Shown here one piece after another: positions 30,604-38,902 of a stretch of DNA of 54,549 bases. Under the pieces are notes generated by a model. It searched no databases. It was not told the DNA's origin and was given only the letters and a program-made list of their open reading frames with translations. The position numbers and the translations under genes are program-made. Source of the DNA: a virus (Duplodnaviria > Caudoviricetes); the IMG/VR virus record IMGVR_UViG_3300020193_000029, positions 1-54,549 of that record; one strand, written 5' to 3'. Numbering within the stretch: position 1 is the stretch's first letter; the number at the start of each line of letters is the position of its first letter.

Positions 30604-30877
30604 TTTTCTTCACTCCTTTCTTTTTGGATTTGCTTATTTCTTCTTCACTGATATCGACAACGAGATGCAGGAACTTATCCATGTTGTGGGCTGTATCCAA
30701 GAAGATTTCGCCATAATGGAAAGCAATTCTCTGAAATGTCTCGTCAAGTGCTTTGCCCATTGCCTTGCTGAACTCCAGCCACATTTTCGATGACTTCTCG
30801 TCAACAACGGCTAGTGCCAGCATCAACCCGATGATCTTCAGCTTATCGTTAATGGGATATTCTTTGTCTTTACTCAC
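30590..30877 (-). CDS. Hypothetical protein
   Basis: 95 aa; coupled to neighbours. Confidence 0.55.
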   Translation of the reverse strand: MSKDKEYPINDKLKIIGLMLALAVVDEKSSKMWLEFSKAMGKALDETFQRIAFHYGEIFLDTAHNMDKFLHLVVDISEEEISKSKKKGVKKNARR

Positions 30878-31080
30878 TGGTCATTCCTCTCTTTTTCGTG
30901 GATACGCTCTAGCCGATATGCGTCTTCGGCTTCCTTGACTGCCATATCTTTGGTTTCTCCATACCCAAGCGGCCCTATCTGGTCGCGGTTTTCGTTGACT
31001 CGATAGGCTGCCCAAGTCTGGGATGGCTTGATAAAGAATGCGTCATACATAGGTCTGGAATATTCTATCAGGGTCATCAA
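30874..31080 (-). CDS. Hypothetical protein
   Basis: 68 aa; G.GET...A motif; coupled to neighbours. Confidence 0.55.
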   Translation of the reverse strand: MMTLIEYSRPMYDAFFIKPSQTWAAYRVNENRDQIGPLGYGETKDMAVKEAEDAYRLERIHEKERNDQ

Positions 31081-31424
31081 ATTTTTCCACCATGCTTTGC
31101 TATGACCATCAGCACGGTATCTACGGGGACATACCCGTAGACCGTCTCGGTCGGTTTACTCTGGTCTTCGGCGTACCGCATGAGTAGTTCCTCCTCTTGG
31201 CTCGGGAACCCCACCTCGAAGGCAGTGTAGGTTTCAAGAGAAGGCCAGGTCATTACTGCCCGTGGGCGGCAGTAATGGTGGGCAGAAGCCTGTACCGAGA
31301 AAGAGAACCCGTCACGGCACTCGATCCTCGGGGCAGGCGCGCGGTACAAGTAGTCATTGTCAGAGTCTGGGCTTAACTTCACTCGCCCAGACATGACGTG
31401 CTTTTGCAGTTCATCGTTATTCAT
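31077..31424 (-). CDS. Conserved phage hypothetical protein
   Basis: I.C.DGFS.SVQAS..HYC.PR...EVGFPS...VYGYVP...I.KHGG pattern. Confidence 0.75.
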   Translation of the reverse strand: MNNDELQKHVMSGRVKLSPDSDNDYLYRAPAPRIECRDGFSFSVQASAHHYCRPRAVMTWPSLETYTAFEVGFPSQEEELLMRYAEDQSKPTETVYGYVPVDTVLMVIAKHGGKI

Positions 31425-31435
31425 TGATAGATCCT

Positions 31436-31837
31436 CTACCAACTCGCCAAGTACCAGACGCTTCGATACTCACCGACCTTGTTGTCTTTCAGCCAATCCG
31501 TAGCCTTGGTGAATATTTCTGTGTCGTATTGCTTTTGCTCTTCGGTCAGGTCGCTGACCCCGAAGAAAAACCCCGTGGTTGGCGGGAGTTTTTCTTCTTT
31601 GATGGCGGTCAGAATCTTCTCGATGTCTTCGGTGTTGAGAGGGATAGGCTGGCAGTCATCCAAGCCCTTGTTGAACTCATTCACGATGAATCCATGTAGG
31701 TTTGGGTGCTTGCGCCAGTAGCCCATGTCAAGCCGCAAGGAATTGAGCCTGAACCCGTCGACTGTCATGTTATTTTCTGGGTTATCGAAGTCTCTGCGAG
31801 GGCTTTTACTTCCCTCAAGATGCATATCTAATCCCAT
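31436..31837 (-). CDS. Conserved phage hypothetical protein (MGLDM family)
   Basis: MGLDM.L...YWRK...LHG......LP.T.GFFFG...Y.ASW pattern. Confidence 0.75.
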   Translation of the reverse strand: MGLDMHLEGSKSPRRDFDNPENNMTVDGFRLNSLRLDMGYWRKHPNLHGFIVNEFNKGLDDCQPIPLNTEDIEKILTAIKEEKLPPTTGFFFGVSDLTEEQKQYDTEIFTKATDWLKDNKVGEYRSVWYLASW

Positions 31838-31839
31838 GA

Positions 31840-32175
31840 TTAAGCCCTCATAATTTCGACAACCTTGCGCTTGTCGTTGCGGCTGGTCATCACACTGCCC
31901 TTACCGTAGAGATACCTGGCGTAGGAACTCACGCACCGTTGCAGAGTCTCACCATTGAACTTGGAGTAAGGGATCTCGATCAACTGCCCATGTCGGATGG
32001 ATCTGATGTAAGGCAGGTAGTGTCTTGACAACAATCCGCGAGCCAACTTGCGTCGACGTCGAGTCTTGATGGTTGAGATGTTGGTGTAGGTATTCCCATT
32101 GGGCAGTGTGATTCGATATTCAGCCTTGACTGCCTTGAGAATGTTGATCGACTTCTTTAAGAACTTAGCACTCAT
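31840..32175 (-). CDS. Hypothetical basic protein
   Basis: 111 aa in the leftward block. Confidence 0.6.
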   Translation of the reverse strand: MSAKFLKKSINILKAVKAEYRITLPNGNTYTNISTIKTRRRRKLARGLLSRHYLPYIRSIRHGQLIEIPYSKFNGETLQRCVSSYARYLYGKGSVMTSRNDKRKVVEIMRA

Positions 32176-32177
32176 CT

Positions 32178-32444
32178 TTACTCTCCTAACGATTGATTGA
32201 TTACCGGAATGACAGGTGTCTTCTGGCTTGTTGTGAACAACGCCCCGCCATTGTTTCCCTCGTCATCTGCCGAGGAATACAACAACGTGCCGTCATCCAA
32301 TCCGATGATGAGCGGTCTTGAATACCAGCCCATCTTTTTGCACTCTTGCTTGCTCATATATCTCACGCCAGTGATGGTTCGACCTGTCAGGATATTGCTA
32401 GCAGCGTCTTTCCATCTCTTTTCTGTAGAGATTTTATTAACCAT
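32178..32444 (-). CDS. Conserved phage hypothetical protein
   Basis: L.GRTI..VRYM...GW.....I.LDDG......DDEGN.GGALF pattern. Confidence 0.7.
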   Translation of the reverse strand: MVNKISTEKRWKDAASNILTGRTITGVRYMSKQECKKMGWYSRPLIIGLDDGTLLYSSADDEGNNGGALFTTSQKTPVIPVINQSLGE

Positions 32445-32556
32445 TTTTTGATGCCTCTCTGACTTCTTTAATAAGGTTTATTATCTTGCTCTCGAGTTTT
32501 TCTCTTTGCTTCTGTCCTCCTCATCTTAAAACTGCTTTAGTGCTTCTTCCGCACGT

Positions 32557-32793
32557 TCACGTACCCAAGTAATTACGTCCAATGCCTCGTCGCGTGGCAA
32601 CCCCATGATATCTTCGGTTGTTTCGACCTTTATCTCTCGCAACGATTCCCTCAAATTTAGGGATGCCACGATCGTAACCACGGCGGTAATAGAAGCGACG
32701 TTTGCCTAGGTAGACGTTGTTATCGCACCCGTTGACGCGACCATCGTAGTAGCCGCGAATCATTGCCATAAAGAAACCTAACAGGTCACGCAT
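32557..32793 (-). CDS. Hypothetical protein
   Basis: 78 aa containing RGYYDG...Y.RGYD.G. Confidence 0.45.
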   Translation of the reverse strand: MRDLLGFFMAMIRGYYDGRVNGCDNNVYLGKRRFYYRRGYDRGIPKFEGIVARDKGRNNRRYHGVATRRGIGRNYLGT

Positions 32794-33019
32794 ACACTCT
32801 CTCCCTCTCCTTTACCTCAATTTTTTGCATCATCGCCAGCATGGCGATTCGCATGGTTTCTTCTGGCGACTTGTTCGCCAGAATCTTTAGCCACGCCTCC
32901 TCATATGAGTTCGCATCGACCATCTCAATGCGAACGCTTTTCTCATGCTTGTATGTGACGTAAAACTTTTTAACGCTGATCATAAATTCCATCCCGTGCA
33001 TTACGCACCACGGTGGCAA
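32786..33019 (-). CDS. Hypothetical protein (start probably internal)
   Basis: Open frame between neighbours. Confidence 0.45.
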   Translation of the reverse strand: MPPWCVMHGMEFMISVKKFYVTYKHEKSVRIEMVDANSYEEAWLKILANKSPEETMRIAMLAMMQKIEVKERERVYA

Positions 33020-33338
33020 CGTCGAGCCACTCTATATCGCTTTGCAGCGCACGAAGTGGCACAGATACATCGCATGAGTCGCCCTCAGAGGTTGTCCCAA
33101 GGACAAGCCCTCGACCGCTTAACGGGGTGAGTATCCAACTAGGCTTGAAAAATGGCGCGAGTTCGCCTTTTATTAGCCCTTCGTCATCGATGAAGATCGA
33201 GTGCCGCCCACCGGGGAATCCGACCACATCGAAATTTGTGCAGTCATTTCCAATGATCTTAGAAATGCTACGCCAGTCACCGTCGTAATCAACTTCGTTG
33301 ATCGACTTCGTAAACGGATCTATCAAGTACGCTTTCAT
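32970..33338 (-). CDS. DUF3846-like phage protein
   Basis: MKAYLIDP...I.IDDEGL......L.G.GLV.G...G pattern. Confidence 0.7.
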   Translation of the reverse strand: MKAYLIDPFTKSINEVDYDGDWRSISKIIGNDCTNFDVVGFPGGRHSIFIDDEGLIKGELAPFFKPSWILTPLSGRGLVLGTTSEGDSCDVSVPLRALQSDIEWLDVATVVRNARDGIYDQR

Positions 33339-33388
33339 TGTGTTTCAACTCCATCGCGCAACAGGTCATTAACAACGAGCCATTCAAT

Positions 33389-34327
33389 TTAAACGGAAGG
33401 AATGTTGAACGGCGAGAGTCCCTCCTTGTCGAAGAGATCATCGATCCATTGAGTGGCAGTGACCGGATTATCAGCAACGATCTCGGCTACTGCTTCTTCA
33501 TCCTCGTAGCAATAGGCAAGCAGAGCCGATGCTTTCCACGGCGCGTCGATTACCCACTGCTCGAGATTGTTGTTGAGCCAAGAGTTGTAGGCGGCTTTCA
33601 CAATCGGTCTTATCGATTGCTTGTTGTCCACCTTGATCGTCGCGCCTGTCGACTTTGCTCCCTGAAGATAACTCCTGTCGTAACTGTAGCCCGTGTCCCA
33701 GTCGTAGGAGTCGTATTCGGTGTACCAGCGATTGCCGTAGTAGCCGCCAGCGGCAGCGGTCTTGACACCGAAGCGATGCGGCGACCATGCGTAGGTGTTA
33801 GACAGCCATGCGTGGTTGTACTCGATACCGCTCTGGCGATTGATGATGACAGCATCACCGTTGCCGGTCATGAAACCGAACTTGTTGCCGTTGCCGATGA
33901 GACTGCCCAAGAACGCCTGATAGGACGGGTCGAGGATACGGTCAGGCTCGTAAGCAAGTACGGGTTGGATGATGTGCCGAATGAAGTGCCAGGTATCGGA
34001 CTTGGTTTTGTCGCTGTCGTTGCCCGATGAGAGGATGCCGTTGTGAGACATCCAAATACGGCTTGTTACGAAGTAGGGGTGGCAGTTCTCAAGATCGATG
34101 TCGCCGTGGGTCTGCATACGGGCGTGCCAGATGCAGTCACGACCGTCGGCGTATTGGAGATAGAACTCGATGAAGTCTGCGGCACTGACGGGCAGCAGTT
34201 TCTTGACGATCACATGACCGGCTTCGGCATACATGATGCCAAGACCGTCTTTGTTCTTGCTGTAAACGTCAGTCAAGAACTCGTCAGAGAAGTTGGTTTC
34301 TGAGGTTTGTTGTACTAACAGACACAT
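33389..34327 (-). CDS. Class II (Ntn) glutamine amidotransferase-like protein
   Basis: N-terminal MC, N.DG.G, H.R..THG.....NCHP., HNG and SDT motifs; AAGGAG RBS. Confidence 0.85.
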   Translation of the reverse strand: MCLLVQQTSETNFSDEFLTDVYSKNKDGLGIMYAEAGHVIVKKLLPVSAADFIEFYLQYADGRDCIWHARMQTHGDIDLENCHPYFVTSRIWMSHNGILSSGNDSDKTKSDTWHFIRHIIQPVLAYEPDRILDPSYQAFLGSLIGNGNKFGFMTGNGDAVIINRQSGIEYNHAWLSNTYAWSPHRFGVKTAAAGGYYGNRWYTEYDSYDWDTGYSYDRSYLQGAKSTGATIKVDNKQSIRPIVKAAYNSWLNNNLEQWVIDAPWKASALLAYCYEDEEAVAEIVADNPVTATQWIDDLFDKEGLSPFNIPSV

Positions 34328-34344
34328 GGTCTTTACTCCTTGGT

Positions 34345-34361
34345 TGATAACAGTGTTATGA
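34345..34361. promoter_or_regulatory. Palindromic box between amidoligase and amidotransferase (TGATAACAGTGTTATGA)
   Basis: One mismatch to consensus; between a stop codon and an RBS. Confidence 0.8.
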
Positions 34362-34365
34362 AATA

Positions 34366-35766
34366 TCAGGCGGCATCGGACATATCGATGCGACCTGACA
34401 TCCGGCTATTGAAGTACTTTCGGAATATCTTTGTCTCCTCTGGTAGATTGCTTTGACAGAATGATAGGAATTGTGGCGATGTGAGGTCGCGCAGACTTGC
34501 GACAGAAGGTCGCGTGTACTCGATGATGGCGTTACAGAACTCGACGGCAGCGATGACTGCTTCGTACTTGAGACTGCCTCTGAACATTCTGAACTCGATG
34601 GTTTTTCGGTTGGTGAGATTGACTGCCTCGTATCGATCACCACTGCGGCAGTCCTTGACCTTCTTGGATTTGATCTGACAGAAGCCAGAGGCGTAGCGTC
34701 TTGCGACGCTGCGGATAAACATCTCGTTTCTGGGATCGTTGATGAAGGAGACGATCTTGCCGATCTGTAGGTCAGTCATGTTGGATCGACTGACATGGAC
34801 ATGGAGTCCGCAGGAGGTGGTGTTGTGGGATTTGAGGTTGCGGGTAAGGCTCTTATCTTCGAGGAACTTGAAGAGTTCACGTTGGGCAGGCAAGGACATG
34901 GGCTGCGTGATCATCTCGAAGCCATGACTTAGCGACCCGTCATTCTCGAAGAACATCCTATCGAGAAGTTTGGGGTCATTGACGCGATCGCTGATAGCCT
35001 TGGCGTTCGCCTGCCTGTCGCCGTCTATGTTCTCGACCTCGAGTTCTACGCCGAAGAATCGGTTGTGCTTAATCGTCCAATCGTCTCTGATGAAACTGAA
35101 CTTGTCTTTGGATGAGTGGTAATTGCGGATGACGCGATCCCGGCGTCTGTAGTCTTGGTGATAGAAGATACCTTCTTCTTCATCTTCCTCAAAGTCGCCG
35201 TTCTCGTAACTGACAACGACCTCGTTGCCGAAATTGTCTATCGCATTGACGGCGTAGTCTCTGTGAATGTAAGTGTCTTCGTATTCCGACCAGCGGTAAT
35301 GCCTCTCACGACAACTCTCGCAGATGGCGTTGTCGTAGGAATAGGACATATCGTCTGATGGGAATGACTCATCGCATGAAGAACATTGTATGATGTTGTA
35401 GTGATCGTTGATGAAGTCCATTGTCTCGTCGAAGTCGTCTGCGTTCGAGTTAACGTGCATCACGCAACTGTCATAGTTGCTTCTGCGGCATAGCGCGTGA
35501 AAGAGTGCGGTGAAGTAGGTGGAGTTGTTCTCCTCGCACTGCTCTGCGATGACTCGCAGGATAGTACTCGATTGAGAGTAAGTGAGTATCTTGTCAGACG
35601 TTGCGTACCGTGCAGTGTTCACCCTTGTCGCACAATGGTCAAAGAAGTTTCGAGCGAGGGCAGGACGTCTTAGCGAGTAATCGTAGAAGCGTTTGCCGAA
35701 TGCTAGTAGTAACAGATGGTCGTTTGCCAATCGACGTGCGATAGGCAGTTCAAAGAAATGAGCCAT
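34366..35766 (-). CDS. Putative amidoligase (COOH-NH2 ligase) with N-terminal Zn-ribbon repeats
   Basis: FFGVELEVE, DGSL..GFEMITQP, SCGLHVHVSR, RY.AVN...TIEFRMFRG motifs; two CxxC pairs upstream. Confidence 0.85.
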   Translation of the reverse strand: MAHFFELPIARRLANDHLLLLAFGKRFYDYSLRRPALARNFFDHCATRVNTARYATSDKILTYSQSSTILRVIAEQCEENNSTYFTALFHALCRRSNYDSCVMHVNSNADDFDETMDFINDHYNIIQCSSCDESFPSDDMSYSYDNAICESCRERHYRWSEYEDTYIHRDYAVNAIDNFGNEVVVSYENGDFEEDEEEGIFYHQDYRRRDRVIRNYHSSKDKFSFIRDDWTIKHNRFFGVELEVENIDGDRQANAKAISDRVNDPKLLDRMFFENDGSLSHGFEMITQPMSLPAQRELFKFLEDKSLTRNLKSHNTTSCGLHVHVSRSNMTDLQIGKIVSFINDPRNEMFIRSVARRYASGFCQIKSKKVKDCRSGDRYEAVNLTNRKTIEFRMFRGSLKYEAVIAAVEFCNAIIEYTRPSVASLRDLTSPQFLSFCQSNLPEETKIFRKYFNSRMSGRIDMSDAA

Positions 35767-35779
35767 TGTCTTTACCTCT

Positions 35780-35796
35780 TCATAACAGTGTTATGT
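35780..35796. promoter_or_regulatory. Palindromic box upstream of the amidoligase (TCATAACAGTGTTATGT)
   Basis: Abuts the RBS. Confidence 0.8.
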
Positions 35797-35801
35797 GGCG
35801 A

Positions 35802-36053
35802 TCAGAAAAGAGTCTGCTGCTCCGCCACTTCGACAGCAGAAATACGGTAGTTATCACGGGACTCTGGACTCTTTAGAATTCCTGTCTGGAAGTAATACAT
35901 CGATTCTGCGAGGTATTCGCTGAGTTCTTCTTTTGCTTGTTCTCGAGTGTCAAACAGGGTGGGAGAGGGGTTGCCGTACTGGTCGTAGGACGTCCAGCAG
36001 TTGATCCATCCTTGGCAAATTGTGCGGTGTTCAACCTGGTATCTAACTGGCAT
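35802..36053 (-). CDS. Hypothetical protein
   Basis: MPVRYQVEH.T.C.GW.NCW...; AAGGAG RBS; start moved to 36053. Confidence 0.65.
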   Translation of the reverse strand: MPVRYQVEHRTICQGWINCWTSYDQYGNPSPTLFDTREQAKEELSEYLAESMYYFQTGILKSPESRDNYRISAVEVAEQQTLF

Positions 36054-36369
36054 CGGAAGTCTCCTTTCCTGTTGCTTGATTGATGACGTAAATGACGTAG
36101 GCAAGTGTGCCGTTCTCAAGCCATATCAGACGATCAGACTCATCTAACCCTTGTATGTCTGAAATGACGTCTTGCAGGGCAGCAAGCATTTGTGGGGCGG
36201 CTGCCATCAGTCTGGCGTCTGCCGTAGCCTCCTCATCACTGCGGTGACATTGGGCTATTAAGTTCCCCCATTTTCTGTTTCTAACTGTTTTGTTGTGCGC
36301 TACCCACAGACTTGGCGAGTAATGCTCGTCTGGATTGTCGCGTGTATCTTCTGCGTGTCTTTGCAGCAT
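36043..36369 (-). CDS. Hypothetical phage protein
   Basis: ADARLMAAAPQMLAAL motif, common in small phage early proteins. Confidence 0.7.
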   Translation of the reverse strand: MLQRHAEDTRDNPDEHYSPSLWVAHNKTVRNRKWGNLIAQCHRSDEEATADARLMAAAPQMLAALQDVISDIQGLDESDRLIWLENGTLAYVIYVINQATGKETSDAS

Positions 36370-36372
36370 GAC

Positions 36373-36600
36373 TTAACCCTCCTTCCTTTTATGTTCAGTG
36401 CAGCCAAAGTCAGGGCGGGTAAACAAAGCGGCAAACCATTCCTCATTGTCTTTCACATAGAACTTGCTGGGTATCTCCACCACGTTTCCGTTTTCATTTG
36501 TCTCCCAAAACCTGACAACCTTGCGGCAGGTGCCTAGGTCTGAGTTGACCGTCCATCTCCCCCAATATTTGCAGGTGCTGCAAGTGATATTGCCAACCAT
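36373..36600 (-). CDS. Small Cys-containing hypothetical protein
   Basis: CxxC...C...T.PDFGC..H; AAGGAG RBS. Confidence 0.7.
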   Translation of the reverse strand: MVGNITCSTCKYWGRWTVNSDLGTCRKVVRFWETNENGNVVEIPSKFYVKDNEEWFAALFTRPDFGCTEHKRKEG

Positions 36601-36613
36601 AGTCTTTACTCCT

Positions 36614-36630
36614 TCATAACAGTGTTATGA
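36614..36630. promoter_or_regulatory. Palindromic box (TCATAACAGTGTTATGA)
   Basis: Perfect copy exactly between a stop codon and the AAGGAG RBS. Confidence 0.85.
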
Positions 36631-36867
36631 CTAATCGAACTTGGATCGGTCACGGGTCTGACCGTTGTTGAGCAAGGTGGGAGATGCACCGAGGTTGAGT
36701 GCCTGATCGTAGAGTTTGACTGCCTCGATGCGATCCCCAACGACAATGACCTGTCCGCTCACGCGGATAGACCAGTGGGAACGTCCATTCAACTTCGCTC
36801 TCGTCAAGACCTTGTTGGTCGTGGAGGGATTGCGGAGTCGATGGAGAGTCTGAATGTCGAGATTCAT
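36631..36867 (-). CDS. Hypothetical protein; first gene of the early operon
   Basis: GGAG RBS at 36876-36879 precedes the ATG at 36867 (MNLDIQTL...). Confidence 0.55.
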   Translation of the reverse strand: MNLDIQTLHRLRNPSTTNKVLTRAKLNGRSHWSIRVSGQVIVVGDRIEAVKLYDQALNLGASPTLLNNGQTRDRSKFD

Positions 36868-36886
36868 GGCGATTACTCCGTAGGTG

Positions 36887-37500
36887 AAAAGGTATCGAGC
36901 AGATACCCACGGTCGCCCTACGCTCACGACGTAAGGCGACCTAGGCTATCCACTAGGGTTGCTAGCAGGGGTAGCGATGTATGCGAATACTCGGTCTGCC
37001 CGTCGATCGCGCGCAGAAATACCTAGGCATCAGTCAAGTGCTAGGGATGCGCGCAGGGTATGACCTACCGTCGCAGGACGTATGTTGCCCGTCCGTACCG
37101 GCTCTTGGAATGAAAGACCTAGACGCAGGCTTGCAGAGGCTTAGCATGGAACGACTGGCTAACCCAGTGTAGTGCCAGCGAGTGCCATAGCTAGCCTCTC
37201 GCCGCGAGTGATCCATCTGTCCGTTATCGGATGCCTAACACCTTTTTGTTGTCTGCAATACCGTTGCCGACTTGTCGTCTTTCACTCACCACGCGACATT
37301 GGGTTCGCGTCACCCGCCCGTACTTTGCGTATCTAGGCTAGGTCGATTGTCGGTCGACCCCGTGGCTATACCACCACGACTTTCTAGGTCAGAGCGTCAC
37401 GCTGCGATAACTCACTACACGCGCTACAAAGACCTATCCGTATGGGCAGTGCGTTGTCGGTTCATAACAGTGTTATGAACAGAATTTCAATCGACACTAC
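36887..37500 (-). ncRNA. Candidate large structured RNA or 5' leader (~600 nt)
   Basis: No credible ORF; more than 10 complementary stem pairs including long-range ones; lies between a consensus promoter and a hairpin plus U4. Confidence 0.6.
37460..37480. promoter_or_regulatory. Extended palindromic box (GTTCATAACAGTGTTATGAAC)
   Basis: 10-1-10 palindrome ~30 bp downstream of the promoter -10. Confidence 0.85.
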
Positions 37501-37509
37501 CGCGCTAAC

Positions 37510-37538
37510 ATTATCTCATATGTATATACATATGTCAA
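37510..37538 (-). promoter_or_regulatory. Sigma70-type early promoter, TTGACA-N17-GATAAT
   Basis: Minus strand reads TTGACA tatgtatatacatatga GATAAT and points into the leftward early block. Confidence 0.85.
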
Positions 37539-37557
37539 GTACCTGTGACATTTATTT

Positions 37558-37574
37558 TCATAACAGTGTTATGA
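37558..37574. promoter_or_regulatory. Palindromic box (TCATAACAGTGTTATGA)
   Basis: Perfect copy ~20 bp upstream of the promoter -35. Confidence 0.85.
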
Positions 37575-37659
37575 GGAAAAATGCCAGGAGTAGATGGGTA
37601 GTGGTGTAGTGGTGTATAACGTCAGTGACTAGCAAAATGCCTACATCGAGGAAAGAATC

Positions 37660-38244
37660 GTGCCAACTAATAATCCGATTGGACAAGGGCTGCAACCACT
37701 GACCCCAAAATCCCTTAAATTCTGCGAGCTTGTGGCGAAAGGACATCGACCTAGCGAGGCGTACATCGAGGCGTATCGCATACAGGGGACTGCTAAGAAA
37801 AGGTCTATACAGGCAGCGGCGGCGCGGCTAACGGGCGATGCTAGGGTGCAGAGGCAAGTGGCGAAGTTGAAGGAGAAGGACGCAACGGCGGCTTTTCAAC
37901 AGGCGATTGGGCTGCGGCAGTGGACGCTCGACAGGCTGAAGGAGGAGGCGAGTAACCGGAAAAGCCCACCGGCTGCGAGGGTGTCAGCACTTGGGGTGCT
38001 GGCGAGAGCGTCCCGTCTGATCGATGGCAGTAACCAGCAGAACGTCAGCGTGAATGTGGCGACTGTCAGCAGATCGTTAGCGGATATCGAGAGCGAATTG
38101 CTCGAGCGTCTGTCGAGGGTGAGCGAAGCGTCTGTCGAGCCGAGCGTCTGTCAGGAGAATATCGAGGAGGGGGAAATCCTGGGCGAGGATGAGCCGCAGG
38201 ACGATGAGGAAATCAAGGGCGAAAAAAAACCCCGAGAGCCGTAG
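37660..38244 (+). CDS. terS: Putative terminase small subunit
   Basis: LTPK..KFCELVA.G...SEAY..AY......AA.RL....V HTH pattern, AARV.AL..L motif, acidic tail. Confidence 0.7.
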   Translation: MPTNNPIGQGLQPLTPKSLKFCELVAKGHRPSEAYIEAYRIQGTAKKRSIQAAAARLTGDARVQRQVAKLKEKDATAAFQQAIGLRQWTLDRLKEEASNRKSPPAARVSALGVLARASRLIDGSNQQNVSVNVATVSRSLADIESELLERLSRVSEASVEPSVCQENIEEGEILGEDEPQDDEEIKGEKKPREP

Positions 38245-38257
38245 CCTCTCGGGGTTT
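38222..38257. terminator. Terminator between convergent genes
   Basis: AAACCCCGAGAG-7nt-CTCTCGGGGTTT 12-bp stem with an A8 run on the left. Confidence 0.8.
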
Positions 38258-38261
38258 CCGC

Positions 38262-38759
38262 TTATTTAGCGGTTTTTAGTGCCAGCGTAAAGATGGCGTT
38301 CACCTTCGATTGTATCGAAACAATGTCTGACTTTTTCATACCGCTGACCATGGCGCGCAATCGTGCTTCGATATCGGATAACGTGTTGACGCTTTGAAGT
38401 GTCGCGACGTTTGCCGCTTTCGCTATGGTTGCAGAAGGTGATCCCTTCGCTACCGTCGCGACCGTTGCCGCCTTTGGCGTTGCCGCTGCGACCACCTTAG
38501 CTTTAGCACGGCGACCACCCCGCTGCGCTTTCGTTGCGATCTTGTTCACCTTCAGCCAGCGGTTCATGCGGGTGTTGAATATCGCGAGGATGCTGGCAGC
38601 ATTCCGACATGAGTCGAGGTGCTTGCGGTATGCCGCTCGCACCTTGTCCGCATCGGCGTAGGTTTTCACCTTCGCGGTTTCCATCATCTCGTTCACTACC
38701 TTCTGACCACTGGTCACATTGGCAGTGTGCTTGTCGAACAGGGCTATTAACTTGTCCAT
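38262..38759 (-). CDS. Basic Lys/Ala-rich hypothetical protein
   Basis: 165 aa; AGGAG RBS; ends at a terminator. Confidence 0.7.
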   Translation of the reverse strand: MDKLIALFDKHTANVTSGQKVVNEMMETAKVKTYADADKVRAAYRKHLDSCRNAASILAIFNTRMNRWLKVNKIATKAQRGGRRAKAKVVAAATPKAATVATVAKGSPSATIAKAANVATLQSVNTLSDIEARLRAMVSGMKKSDIVSIQSKVNAIFTLALKTAK

Positions 38760-38902
38760 TGTCTTTTTACTCCTGAAAAAAAAAACGTCAGTAACCCGCC
38801 GGAATTATTCCGGAAAGTTTGACGCACAACTTGTTAAAAAATGGGTGCTATCGCCACGGGATACCCCACTTACAAGTATATACATATTATCGCTTATGTC
38901 CA

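Noticed and set aside
33338-34030. Long antisense ORFs (e.g. 33338-34030 +, 44097-44897 -, 1105-1794 -, 54077-54532 -)
   Set aside because: They shadow well-supported genes on the opposite strand and carry no recognisable motifs.
36631-37478. Short ORFs called on both strands across the structured region (36650-36910, 36775-37026, 36981-37172, 37034-37216, 37272-37478)
   Set aside because: No RBS, mutually overlapping and atypical composition. Only 36631-36867 has a credible start.
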